Shown here: positions 1 to 7,417 of the stretch, piece by piece
How the letters are laid out: the number at the start of each line of letters is the position of its first letter
How positions within the stretch are numbered: the first letter of the stretch is position 1
Assembly (NCBI GenBank): GCA_002762785.1
Contig: PCXY01000003.1
Location: forward strand, 70,463-134,462
Length of the DNA stretch: 64,000 bases
Direction of reading: 5' to 3'
From: Candidatus Woesearchaeota archaeon CG10_big_fil_rev_8_21_14_0_10_45_16
Lineage (GTDB): Archaea; Nanobdellota; Nanobdellia; Woesearchaeales; GW2011-AR9
The notes under the pieces: model-generated
Seen by the model: only the letters and a program-made list of their open reading frames with translations
The model's database searches: none
Told to the model about the DNA's origin: nothing
Program-made: the position numbers and the translations under genes

Positions 1-262
1 TAAAGGTACTGACTCAACAATGAGTGTTAGAGTTTTATCATCTGAATCTAAAATTCTATGTGTGTTTATTCCAGCATCATACAATCGTGCTGTAACATCT
101 CTTTCTCGGGAATATCTTTGGTGTGCTCTCATAATTTTTTTTCTCTCTAAAAAAGCCCAAAGAACTGGAAGAGAAAAACCACCATAGGATTTGGTAAATG
201 TACCATTATCTACATTTGTTGAGTTACTACTTACATATTTTCCTAGCCAATCAAGATTCATT
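1..262 (-). CDS. hypothetical protein, 3' part cut by window edge (start codon at 262-260)
   Basis: Open frame on the minus strand from the ATG at 262 to the window start. Not in the ORF track because it is partial. Confidence 0.3.
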
Positions 263-318
263 ATTTAGTTGGGGGAGGCATTTTCATTATAAAGTTTACC
301 TCTATTATTTGCCCGTAG

Positions 319-383
319 TGATTGAGCATAACGATGTTATGCTTCCTTAGGTTTATCCTCAGGTCGAGGCGTAGCCGAGAAGT
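319..383 (+). repeat. composite repeat copy E1 (palindrome CATAACGATGTTATG at 326-340, then hairpin, then a CGTAG motif); candidate attC-like site
   Basis: Exact 15-bp palindrome shared with five other copies. The downstream 7-bp hairpin is degenerate (CCTTAGG tttat CCTCAGG). It is followed by cgtagccgagaag and a T-run. Confidence 0.6.
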
Positions 384-555
384 TTTCAAGTTACCGTGCA
401 TAGTGCGTTGCTGTCAGAAGTCTTTAACACATTTAGTTCAGGCAAAAACAATTAGTGGTTTCATAGTAGTTAGGGGGCTCTCTCGTTTTATCAAAATTAT
501 TAGCAAATTATTTAAATTAGTTCGGTTTTTAGTATGTAAGAGGTATTCAAAGAAA

Positions 556-756
556 ATGGAAACTGACATATTAACCAAGATTCATGAAGATTTAGAGATA
601 TTAAAGCATGATATGGCTGAGATTAAAGAAGTTATCAAACTAGAACCTGAACTACGTGAAGAAGTGATTGAACAAGTTAAAGAAGCCAGAGAACGTATTG
701 TTAAGGGACAATTTGTTAGCAATGAAGATATTCTTAAAGAGTTTGATGTAGAATGA
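556..756 (+). CDS. putative antitoxin, partner of the RelE-like toxin
   Basis: Small acidic ORF whose stop overlaps the toxin start (ATGA). The ORF-track start at 322 would translate through repeat E1, so the internal Met at 556 is the more plausible start. Confidence 0.5.
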   Translation: METDILTKIHEDLEILKHDMAEIKEVIKLEPELREEVIEQVKEARERIVKGQFVSNEDILKEFDVE

Positions 757-1037
757 GCTATGAAGTTATTTGGGATGACAAAGCCCGAAATTTCTTAAGG
801 AAAATTCACAAAGATGATGCTAAAAGAATTGTAAAGAAAGTAAATAGCATTGTTGATGATCCAAGGCATTATCTTGAAACATTAGTTGAGATTAAATCCT
901 ACAAATTAAGAATAGGAGATTTTAGAGCATTAATTGATTTGGATGAAAATAAGCAAACTATTTCTGTCGTGCTGGTTGGACATAGAAAAGATGTTTACAA
1001 ATATGTTCAGAGAAGTGGTTTTAGAAGAAAGAATTGA
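753..1037 (+). CDS. relE: RelE/ParE-family toxin
   Basis: Contains KLRIGDFRALIDLDENKQTISVVLVGHRKDVY, typical of RelE/StbE toxins. Small and translationally coupled to an upstream small ORF. Confidence 0.7.
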   Translation: MSYEVIWDDKARNFLRKIHKDDAKRIVKKVNSIVDDPRHYLETLVEIKSYKLRIGDFRALIDLDENKQTISVVLVGHRKDVYKYVQRSGFRRKN

Positions 1038-1053
1038 TAATTAAAAGAAAAAA

Positions 1054-1416
1054 TTAAAGACTTTGGCGTTGTGTCAATCCTCTTCCTAAATGGTTATAAA
1101 AATTGTGTGAAGCAGATTTTTCTTCTGTTGGATCTGCAACAAGTTCAATACCAAGAGGATTAAAGACTTTTTCTTTCATCTCCCCATCAATTCTTTTGGA
1201 TGAACCAATTGGAACTATCTGATATACTTGTGCAATAACATAAGCTCCAACAACTCCGTCTGTTCCAAAAAGATTGTTGCCATTTTCATCATTATCAGAT
1301 TCATGATATGCTCTGTGGATTGTTTGTAATGTAGCCAATCTTGTTGGATCTTTTCTAATATCATCTAAACAAAATTCAGCTGCTTCTCTTGGTTTTAATT
1401 GTCTAATTTCTGGCAT
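1054..1416 (-). CDS. hypothetical protein
   Basis: 120-aa ORF convergent with the TA pair. No recognisable motif. Confidence 0.4.
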   Translation of the reverse strand: MPEIRQLKPREAAEFCLDDIRKDPTRLATLQTIHRAYHESDNDENGNNLFGTDGVVGAYVIAQVYQIVPIGSSKRIDGEMKEKVFNPLGIELVADPTEEKSASHNFYNHLGRGLTQRQSL

Positions 1417-1620
1417 TTTTTATCCTCCCTATCACCAATTGTGTGAAGATAAGAGCTACTTTAAAAATATTTGTGTTTAAAATGAGAGAGAGCCCCCATT
1501 TCAGTATTTTACATTTACTTTGTTTTTGCCGTTATAGAGTTTTACATTGTTAAAGACAGCAACGCATTAGTTTAGAGAATTTCCTACAGGATTGTTCTCG
1601 TCTAGGTAACTTGAAAATTA

Positions 1621-1676
1621 AGCATAACGATGTTATGTTTCAGGGGGTTTATCCCCCTGCAAGCGTAGCGTAGAGT
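1621..1676 (+). repeat. composite repeat copy E2 (palindrome at 1623-1637; hairpin CAGGGGGtttatCCCCCTG at 1641-1659)
   Basis: Same architecture and orientation as E1 and E3-E6, followed by caagcgtagcgtagag and a T-run. Confidence 0.65.
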
Positions 1677-1775
1677 TTTTAGATTTGAGAACAAAGATTA
1701 ATCACGAACAGAGTGAGACAAGACTTTAGGAAAAAAGCCCTAAGTTATTTAAAGTAGTTAGAGAAATGATATGTT

Positions 1776-2486
1776 ATGGTTGATAAATTATTGGCGAGAG
1801 CAACAAGTCCCACACAGTATGATTTAGATGATATCTCATGGAGTACTGAAAATGGTCTCCAATCTCCTACAAGAAAATTCTTTTTTGATTATTTATTAGG
1901 ATTTAAGGAGGAGTGGAGAGATTCTGATATTTTAGATATTGGTTGTGGGACAGGTTGGTTAATGCATTTGTTAAAGGAGAATGGAGCAAAATCTGTTGAG
2001 GGAATAGAACCATCTCATAAAAATGTTGCATATGCAGGTGATAATGGATTTGAAATTTATCATTGCGATTTAGATTCTTTTTCAGAAGATAAGAGATATG
2101 ATTTATTAATTTCCGTTATGACTTTTGGACACATAAATAATATTGATTCTTCTTTTGAGAAGATGGCAAGATTAGTTAGAGATGGGGGTGGTGTCCAGTT
2201 AATTGTTCCTGCATATGATTATTTTAAAAGAGAAAGAGATGGTTGTAAGGTTGAATTTGAAGAATTAAATCCAGAGGAATATGTTGTTCAAGTAACTCGT
2301 GAGCAAGGAACAATTGCTGAAATTGTGAGAAAAGTGGAGTTTTATGAACGTGCCGCTGAACGAGTTGGTTTAACAGTTGAAGATTCTATTCCGATGGTTC
2401 CAACAGATTCATTGATGAGAGATTCTCCGAGACATGCAACATTTAAAGGTCAGCCAATAACATATCTAGTGAGACTGCGAAAATAG
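1776..2486 (+). CDS. class I SAM-dependent methyltransferase
   Basis: Motif I LDIGCGTGWL and the overall Rossmann methyltransferase pattern. Confidence 0.7.
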   Translation: MVDKLLARATSPTQYDLDDISWSTENGLQSPTRKFFFDYLLGFKEEWRDSDILDIGCGTGWLMHLLKENGAKSVEGIEPSHKNVAYAGDNGFEIYHCDLDSFSEDKRYDLLISVMTFGHINNIDSSFEKMARLVRDGGGVQLIVPAYDYFKRERDGCKVEFEELNPEEYVVQVTREQGTIAEIVRKVEFYERAAERVGLTVEDSIPMVPTDSLMRDSPRHATFKGQPITYLVRLRK

Positions 2487-2519
2487 GGCTTTTTTCTACT
2501 TTCTCAAATCTAAAAATTA

Positions 2520-2583
2520 AACATAACGATGTTATGCTTCGGGAGGTTCACCCTCCCGCAAGGAAACGGAGTTTGAGCGAGTG
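2520..2583 (+). repeat. composite repeat copy E3 (palindrome at 2522-2536; hairpin CGGGAGGttcacCCTCCCG at 2541-2559)
   Basis: Same 15-bp palindrome. The hairpin stem differs from E2/E5/E6 but stays fully complementary, which is a compensatory change. Confidence 0.65.
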
Positions 2584-2690
2584 TTGAAAACCAGCCGTTA
2601 GGCTGTAAATGGTTTTTCTCGCTCATTCCCGGTTTCCGCAGAGTCTGACCTTGAAATTTTGGACATATTGGCTTTTCCTTGAAATAATTC

Positions 2691-2782
2691 CCACCACTGA
2701 CGCTGGTGAGCCGGGGGATGCCCCCTCCGGGGTGGCGAACGAGGACTCACGAAGGGAGTCCGACAGCCGTCAGTAGTGGTGG
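2691..2782 (+). other. GC-rich structured element (candidate small ncRNA) in an ORF-less interval between repeats E3 and E4
   Basis: The outer inverted repeat CCACCACTGACG / CGTCAGTAGTGGTGG encloses two internal hairpins, GGGGGatgCCCCC and GGACTCacgaagggGAGTCC. The surroundings are AT-rich and no ORF of 60 aa or more is present. Confidence 0.35.
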
Positions 2783-2830
2783 ACGCATAATTATTTGATG
2801 GAAAATAACCAAAATTTAATGGTCATATTA

Positions 2831-2888
2831 AGCATAACGATGTTATGTCCCCCAGACTTTACGTCTGGGTGCGAACGTAGTGAGCAAG
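2831..2888 (+). repeat. composite repeat copy E4 (palindrome at 2833-2847; hairpin CCCAGACtttacGTCTGGG at 2851-2869; cgaacgtagtgagcaag)
   Basis: Same palindrome. Third independent stem sequence, same 7-bp-stem plus 5-nt TT-loop geometry. Confidence 0.65.
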
Positions 2889-2958
2889 TATTTTCCAACC
2901 GTGCAGAGAACTAGCGCCATATTTCCTAATCACTTGTAGTTAAAGGGGACAATTTTTT

Positions 2959-3963
2959 TTAGTGCTTGACTATTTCTAATTTTGCTTTTTTATTTTTGGC
3001 AAGAAGTTTGGCAGTTCCACCAATAGGAAATGTAATCATTGGATTAGTATGGCCAAAATCAACATTAGCAATAACAGGTAAGTGGTTTAATTCTTTTTTT
3101 GTTTTGATTATTTTTGTAAGTAATTCTTTAGTCATCTTTGTGGCTTTTTGAAATCTTCCTATTACTATTCCCTGCACTTTTTTAAATTCTGGTTGATGGA
3201 TGATTGATTGGATATCTCTGTCAATAGTGGCGACATGTGCTTCATAATCGTCTTCTAAGAAAAGAATACTACCCTTGATATTTGGTATGTATTCAGTTCC
3301 ATGAAGTAATTGAAGAGTGCATAAATTCCCTCCAATTATTTTTCCAGAAGCTTCGCCCTCATTAATTATCCAGAAACCATCGTTTTTCATAAATTCACGA
3401 TTTTCCTGATCATTTGCCCAGAGATCATCACTCCATTCTTTAGAAGGCAAGACTTCAAATGATTCATCAGAAAATAAGCATTTTTTGAAATAGTCTAATG
3501 AATAGTCAAATCCTCTCTTTTCCCCAAATGAGAAAAAGTGCAGACCAGAATATGTTACTAACCCTGTTTTTGCATAGATTGCATTTGCAAGAGCAGTAAT
3601 ATCTGAATAGCCACAAAGTATTTTAGGATTATTTTTGATTAAGTCATAATCTAAATATCGTAAAAGTTGATTAGAATTAAACCCGCCAATTACCGTTATG
3701 ATTAATTTTATTGATTTATCTTTAAACGCTTCATGGAGGTCATCTACTCGTTTTTTAATTGTTGAGGAATTGAATTCATCTATTTCGTTTACGTGTTCCG
3801 AAAAACTGACTTTAAGTCCTAATTCTTCTAAGCGTTTAATGGCTATTTTTTGTAATTCTTCATTAAGCCAGGGCATAGCCAAACTTCTTGCTGGTGTTAT
3901 TATACGAACGCCATCGCCAGATTTTAACTTTGCTGGAATCATACTTGTTAATGAACGTAGCAA
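2959..3963 (-). CDS. LD-carboxypeptidase (peptidase S66, LdcA/MccF-like)
   Basis: CGYSDITAL matches the GYSD serine motif of S66 peptidases, and the length of about 330 aa fits. Confidence 0.75.
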   Translation of the reverse strand: MLRSLTSMIPAKLKSGDGVRIITPARSLAMPWLNEELQKIAIKRLEELGLKVSFSEHVNEIDEFNSSTIKKRVDDLHEAFKDKSIKLIITVIGGFNSNQLLRYLDYDLIKNNPKILCGYSDITALANAIYAKTGLVTYSGLHFFSFGEKRGFDYSLDYFKKCLFSDESFEVLPSKEWSDDLWANDQENREFMKNDGFWIINEGEASGKIIGGNLCTLQLLHGTEYIPNIKGSILFLEDDYEAHVATIDRDIQSIIHQPEFKKVQGIVIGRFQKATKMTKELLTKIIKTKKELNHLPVIANVDFGHTNPMITFPIGGTAKLLAKNKKAKLEIVKH

Positions 3964-4097
3964 ATATATAAAATGTGCGGTAAAAATAGAGATTTAGAAA
4001 TTGTCCCCTACATTTGGTTTTACATTGTGATTAAGGCGCTAGTTTAGATTGTTAAAGTTAGCGTAAGCGTAGAATTGTTCTAGGTTGGAAAATATTG

Positions 4098-4158
4098 GAC
4101 ATAACGATGTTATGTTTCAGGGGGTTTATCCCCCTGCAAGACACGTAGTGTCGCAGAG
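4098..4158 (+). repeat. composite repeat copy E5 (palindrome at 4100-4114; hairpin at 4118-4136; acacgtagtgtcgcagag)
   Basis: Identical 19-nt hairpin to E2 and E6. The 3' mini-hairpin is GACACgtaGTGTC. An orphan GTAGTG-CATAAC half-site lies at 4187-4201. Confidence 0.65.
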
Positions 4159-4201
4159 GTTTTTGTTGTTGTATCAACCAGTTTAACGCTGTAGTGCATA
4201 A

Positions 4202-5077
4202 CTAATAATCTACGTGAACATGACCGTTTGATGCTATAATGTAACCAGCATATCTAATGAGAACTGCTTTAATATCTACATTTAATTCATGGAAGAGGTA
4301 ACTTCCGATTGTATTTTCATGGCTGAAATAAATGTTGATTGTTTTTTCTGATAAAGCACTCATTAGATTTCTTATTTCATTAGAAGTAGCTTCAGATAAG
4401 GGAGATTCTGTAATCCATTTTCTGAAATGTTCACGTAAAATTCTCAACTTTCTCCTATTTAGTGGGCTCCCATCTTCTAGTGTTTCTTTTAGTTCTGGAT
4501 ACCTCTCTTTCATATCTTTAATTTTTGAACCGCTTCCAGATAATGAACTGTTTTGTCTTGGTCGTGTTAAACGAGCATTAGAGTTTCTTGATAAATAAGA
4601 ATAAGAAAGATCAGCAAACAATCTTGTTCTTTTGCTGTCTGAATTATAGAAATTTACAGTTACATTATCATAAGCTTCCAAAAATTGTTTGAGAAATTTA
4701 TTAAATCTCCAAACTTGAATCATTCCTCTCATAGTTAAATTTTTTCCAGGAAGTTTCCGATAAGATGCCATTAATGGCTCAGGATGACGAACTAAAATAT
4801 TTACACCAGAAGAATTAAAAATTTTAATTTCATTTGTTAATTTTTGATAAGTTTCTTTCGTTGTTGATTCTTGACAATTTTTGATTATATTCAACAATGA
4901 GTTTTTCTGCTCCGATGAGAGATGTTTCTCAAATTTTTTGTAATAACCTAAAAGAAACTTCTCTAAACTTTTCATTCCAGCTTCAATAATTTTGATATCT
5001 TTCTCTTTATGAGAATTATTTAAGAGTTTTCTTCCTGAAGATTTCGTCAACGCAAGGAATGAACTAATATTCATCAT
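4202..5077 (-). CDS. hypothetical protein (weak sulfotransferase-like features)
   Basis: 291-aa ORF. The VRHPEP..SY stretch is faintly sulfotransferase-like and is not relied on. Confidence 0.35.
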   Translation of the reverse strand: MMNISSFLALTKSSGRKLLNNSHKEKDIKIIEAGMKSLEKFLLGYYKKFEKHLSSEQKNSLLNIIKNCQESTTKETYQKLTNEIKIFNSSGVNILVRHPEPLMASYRKLPGKNLTMRGMIQVWRFNKFLKQFLEAYDNVTVNFYNSDSKRTRLFADLSYSYLSRNSNARLTRPRQNSSLSGSGSKIKDMKERYPELKETLEDGSPLNRRKLRILREHFRKWITESPLSEATSNEIRNLMSALSEKTINIYFSHENTIGSYLFHELNVDIKAVLIRYAGYIIASNGHVHVDY

Positions 5078-5112
5078 AAGCTTTAAATAGATCTTATTTT
5101 CTTATAAAACTT

Positions 5113-5673
5113 ATGTTAATTGTTATAGCTGGATTAATTGGAGCAGGAAAATCAACAATTGCTAGAGAACTTTCTAAAAAACTTTCTAAAAAACTTTCTA
5201 AAAAACTTTCTATTCCATTATATAGTATAGATGATGACAAAAAGAGAGTTTACAAGACTCACCCTCAATATGAACATTTCTTGAAGAATCACATCCCATT
5301 TCCGGATGAGACTAGAAAAAAAACTTTTGATGCTTCATTGAAGGGTCTTAGAAAGTTAGCAGAAGAGCATAAACATGCAATTGTTGAAGAAACATTTCAT
5401 AAAAAAATTTTAAGAGATCCATTTTTTGAAGAGGCTAAGAAAATTTTCGGGGGAATGATTTTGATTCTTGCAAAAGTAGATGATAAATTAGTGAAAGAGA
5501 GGTTAGATAAGAGAGAGAAAGATGAAGACCATATGGTTGGATATGGGATGTATCTATCATTTAAGAAACAGTGGGAGCCATTTGAGAAAGTTGATTATGA
5601 ATTTGTTAATGAAGGAAATTTTGATGAAAATATGAATCAGTTGGTGAATTTCCTGAGAGATAAGTTAGATTAG
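5113..5673 (+). CDS. P-loop NTPase, putative nucleotide/nucleoside kinase (AAA_33-like)
   Basis: Walker A GLIGAGKST at the N-terminus. Contains a [12 protein letters not shown] repeat encoded by a 12-bp tandem repeat at 5176-5215. Confidence 0.55.
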   Translation: MLIVIAGLIGAGKSTIARELSKKLSKKLSKKLSIPLYSIDDDKKRVYKTHPQYEHFLKNHIPFPDETRKKTFDASLKGLRKLAEEHKHAIVEETFHKKILRDPFFEEAKKIFGGMILILAKVDDKLVKERLDKREKDEDHMVGYGMYLSFKKQWEPFEKVDYEFVNEGNFDENMNQLVNFLRDKLD

Positions 5674-5750
5674 TTATTTCTTTATGCACGGAAGCGTTAG
5701 GTTTGGGATTTAGCGTTAGCGTAGAATCCATTTACAACAACAAAAACTTA

Positions 5751-5809
5751 AACATAACGATGTTATGCCTCAGGGGGTTTATCCCCCTGCAAGCACGTAG
5801 TGCGCAGAG
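5751..5809 (+). repeat. composite repeat copy E6 (palindrome at 5753-5767; hairpin at 5771-5789; caagcacgtagtgcgcagag)
   Basis: Same architecture. The 3' mini-hairpin is GCACgtaGTGC. Confidence 0.65.
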
Positions 5810-5955
5810 TTGGATTCTCACGTTTTTAGAGGGGGGCGTCAGTTATGACATTAGTTAGTTTTTAGAAAGGGGTCGCCAAATAAAATTTTTGTTACTTGTA
5901 AGTAAATTACAGAAACATTTAAATATTTGCATAGATTTCTTTTATAATACAATGA

Positions 5956-7041
5956 TTGGCAAAGAACGTCAGGAAAGGGATTATATTCCTAATTGGTCAA
6001 GATTATTCTAGCTATAGCTTTAAAGATTTAAGATATGCATCTTCTAATGAAAATTTACAGGACATCTATAATAGAGTTGAAGGCATAAAAGGAAATGGCT
6101 TGTTTGTAATTGGTGGATTTGATCAAGTTGCTTCTTTGTTAGGACATTCCGAACTAGATTTAGCACATTTAGTTGATAACAATCTTACTGCTGTTGAATA
6201 TGCTAGATTCCGCTTAGCACTGACACAAATTTGTGATACTAGATTTGAATATGTTGGTCGACTGATATCACGGAGAGTAAAAGGAATTTTTAATAATATC
6301 TCTTCTTTGAGAAATTTTTATTCTTCTAGAGAGACAGCAAGTGTTAGATTGTTCAACTTTTATAGAACACTATATGATGAACGCCTTACAAGGCTAAGAA
6401 AATTACTTGATTTAAGTCTGTGTTCTGATACAATAGAAGAAAAAATGCTTTATTTTGGGCAATTTAGGATGGAATTTGAAAAAGAAGCAGGGAATATAAG
6501 GGGTATAGAATGGAGAAGAGAATCTCTGGAAGAAGATTTCTGTAGATATGAACAATTTTTAGAAGAAAGAGAAATCGCTTATGATTCTCTGTTTGCTGAA
6601 GAAACAGCTAAATTGCTTTGTGAAAATTTTGGAATTAGTAAAAATCTACTAGAAGAAACAATCTTGAGCGAATATTTTGAAAGTAAATTGAACTGGGGTG
6701 AAAATGATATGGTCGCTGGAAGGAGATTTTGGAGTTTTATTGAATCTAATAAGGACCATTGGCTTTCATCAGACGCCTATTTCGAGAGAGTAAAATCAAT
6801 GTACAGAGAAGAAAGAATTAAATTTTCTCAGCTAGACTTGACCAATGAAGATATCTCGCTTAATCTTTTTGGAGATTTGTCTTTAGTTTATTTATCTAAT
6901 ATTCATGAATGGGTAAAAGTTGAATTAGGAGAACTAATTAAATGTTTATGTTTAAATGAGTTAGGTGTTAATGAACACACAATTTTTCTTTACACAACAA
7001 CAAAAGGAAAGGGTAAATGTAAAATGGCGACCCCGTTATAG
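5956..7041 (+). CDS. hypothetical protein
   Basis: 361-aa ORF. A TATA-like element (cttttataata) sits about 10 bp upstream of the ATG, consistent with an archaeal leaderless transcript. Confidence 0.45.
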   Translation: MAKNVRKGIIFLIGQDYSSYSFKDLRYASSNENLQDIYNRVEGIKGNGLFVIGGFDQVASLLGHSELDLAHLVDNNLTAVEYARFRLALTQICDTRFEYVGRLISRRVKGIFNNISSLRNFYSSRETASVRLFNFYRTLYDERLTRLRKLLDLSLCSDTIEEKMLYFGQFRMEFEKEAGNIRGIEWRRESLEEDFCRYEQFLEEREIAYDSLFAEETAKLLCENFGISKNLLEETILSEYFESKLNWGENDMVAGRRFWSFIESNKDHWLSSDAYFERVKSMYREERIKFSQLDLTNEDISLNLFGDLSLVYLSNIHEWVKVELGELIKCLCLNELGVNEHTIFLYTTTKGKGKCKMATPL

Positions 7042-7123
7042 TTTTAGTTTTTATCTTCTCATAGAGAAGCGTTTTATACATAGCCCCACTCGTTTTTTTT
7101 AGTTTACGTGAGAATCCAATTAG

Positions 7124-7217
7124 GCATAACTCTTTATATGCTGAAATGGGCTGTAATGGGGGAATTTTGGGGATACAAGGGCTGTCCTGAAGCCCATAAA
7201 ACAATAAAGAGTTATGT
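7124..7217 (+). repeat. attC-like long imperfect hairpin E7 (gCATAAC-TCTTTAT ... ATAAAGA-GTTATGt)
   Basis: The 13-bp terminal inverted repeat CATAACTCTTTAT / ATAAAGAGTTATG starts with R''-like GCATAAC and ends with R'-like GTTATGT. An inner stem ATGGGCT/AGCCCAT is separated from it by unpaired bases, as in folded attC sites. Confidence 0.55.
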
Positions 7218-7417
7218 GCCACTATAACCATCATAGTAAGAAATGACTTAGAATGACCTAGAATGTCCTGAAAAAATCTAAATTCACTTTCTAAATTCAC
7301 CTAAAAAAACTTAACCACTTAACATCTTAACAACTTAAACTGACCTGAAATAACATCGATGGACGTATCAGCTTCAACATGGCTGATCTATGATCCCTCT
7401 GCACTGGTCAGCTTCTA
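7218..7417 (+). promoter_or_regulatory. attI-like / promoter region upstream of the recombinase gene, rich in short direct repeats
   Basis: TTAAC repeats with 8-bp period (four copies, 7311-7340). CTAAATTCAC occurs twice (7278-7300). TAGAATG occurs twice (7248-7266). The region sits between the last attC-like site and the recombinase start. Confidence 0.35.

Noticed and set aside
322-555. N-terminal 78 codons of track ORF 322..756
   Set aside because: This part translates straight through repeat E1, giving a Cys/Arg-rich low-complexity stretch. The internal Met at 556 gives a compact acidic antitoxin-sized protein coupled to the RelE gene, so the upstream part is taken as non-coding.
319-5809. 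CRISPR array or C/D-box sRNA interpretation of the repeated elements
   Set aside because: Spacing between copies is 300-1650 bp and contains whole genes, unlike CRISPR spacers. There are no C (RUGAUGA) or D (CUGA) boxes in the conserved positions.
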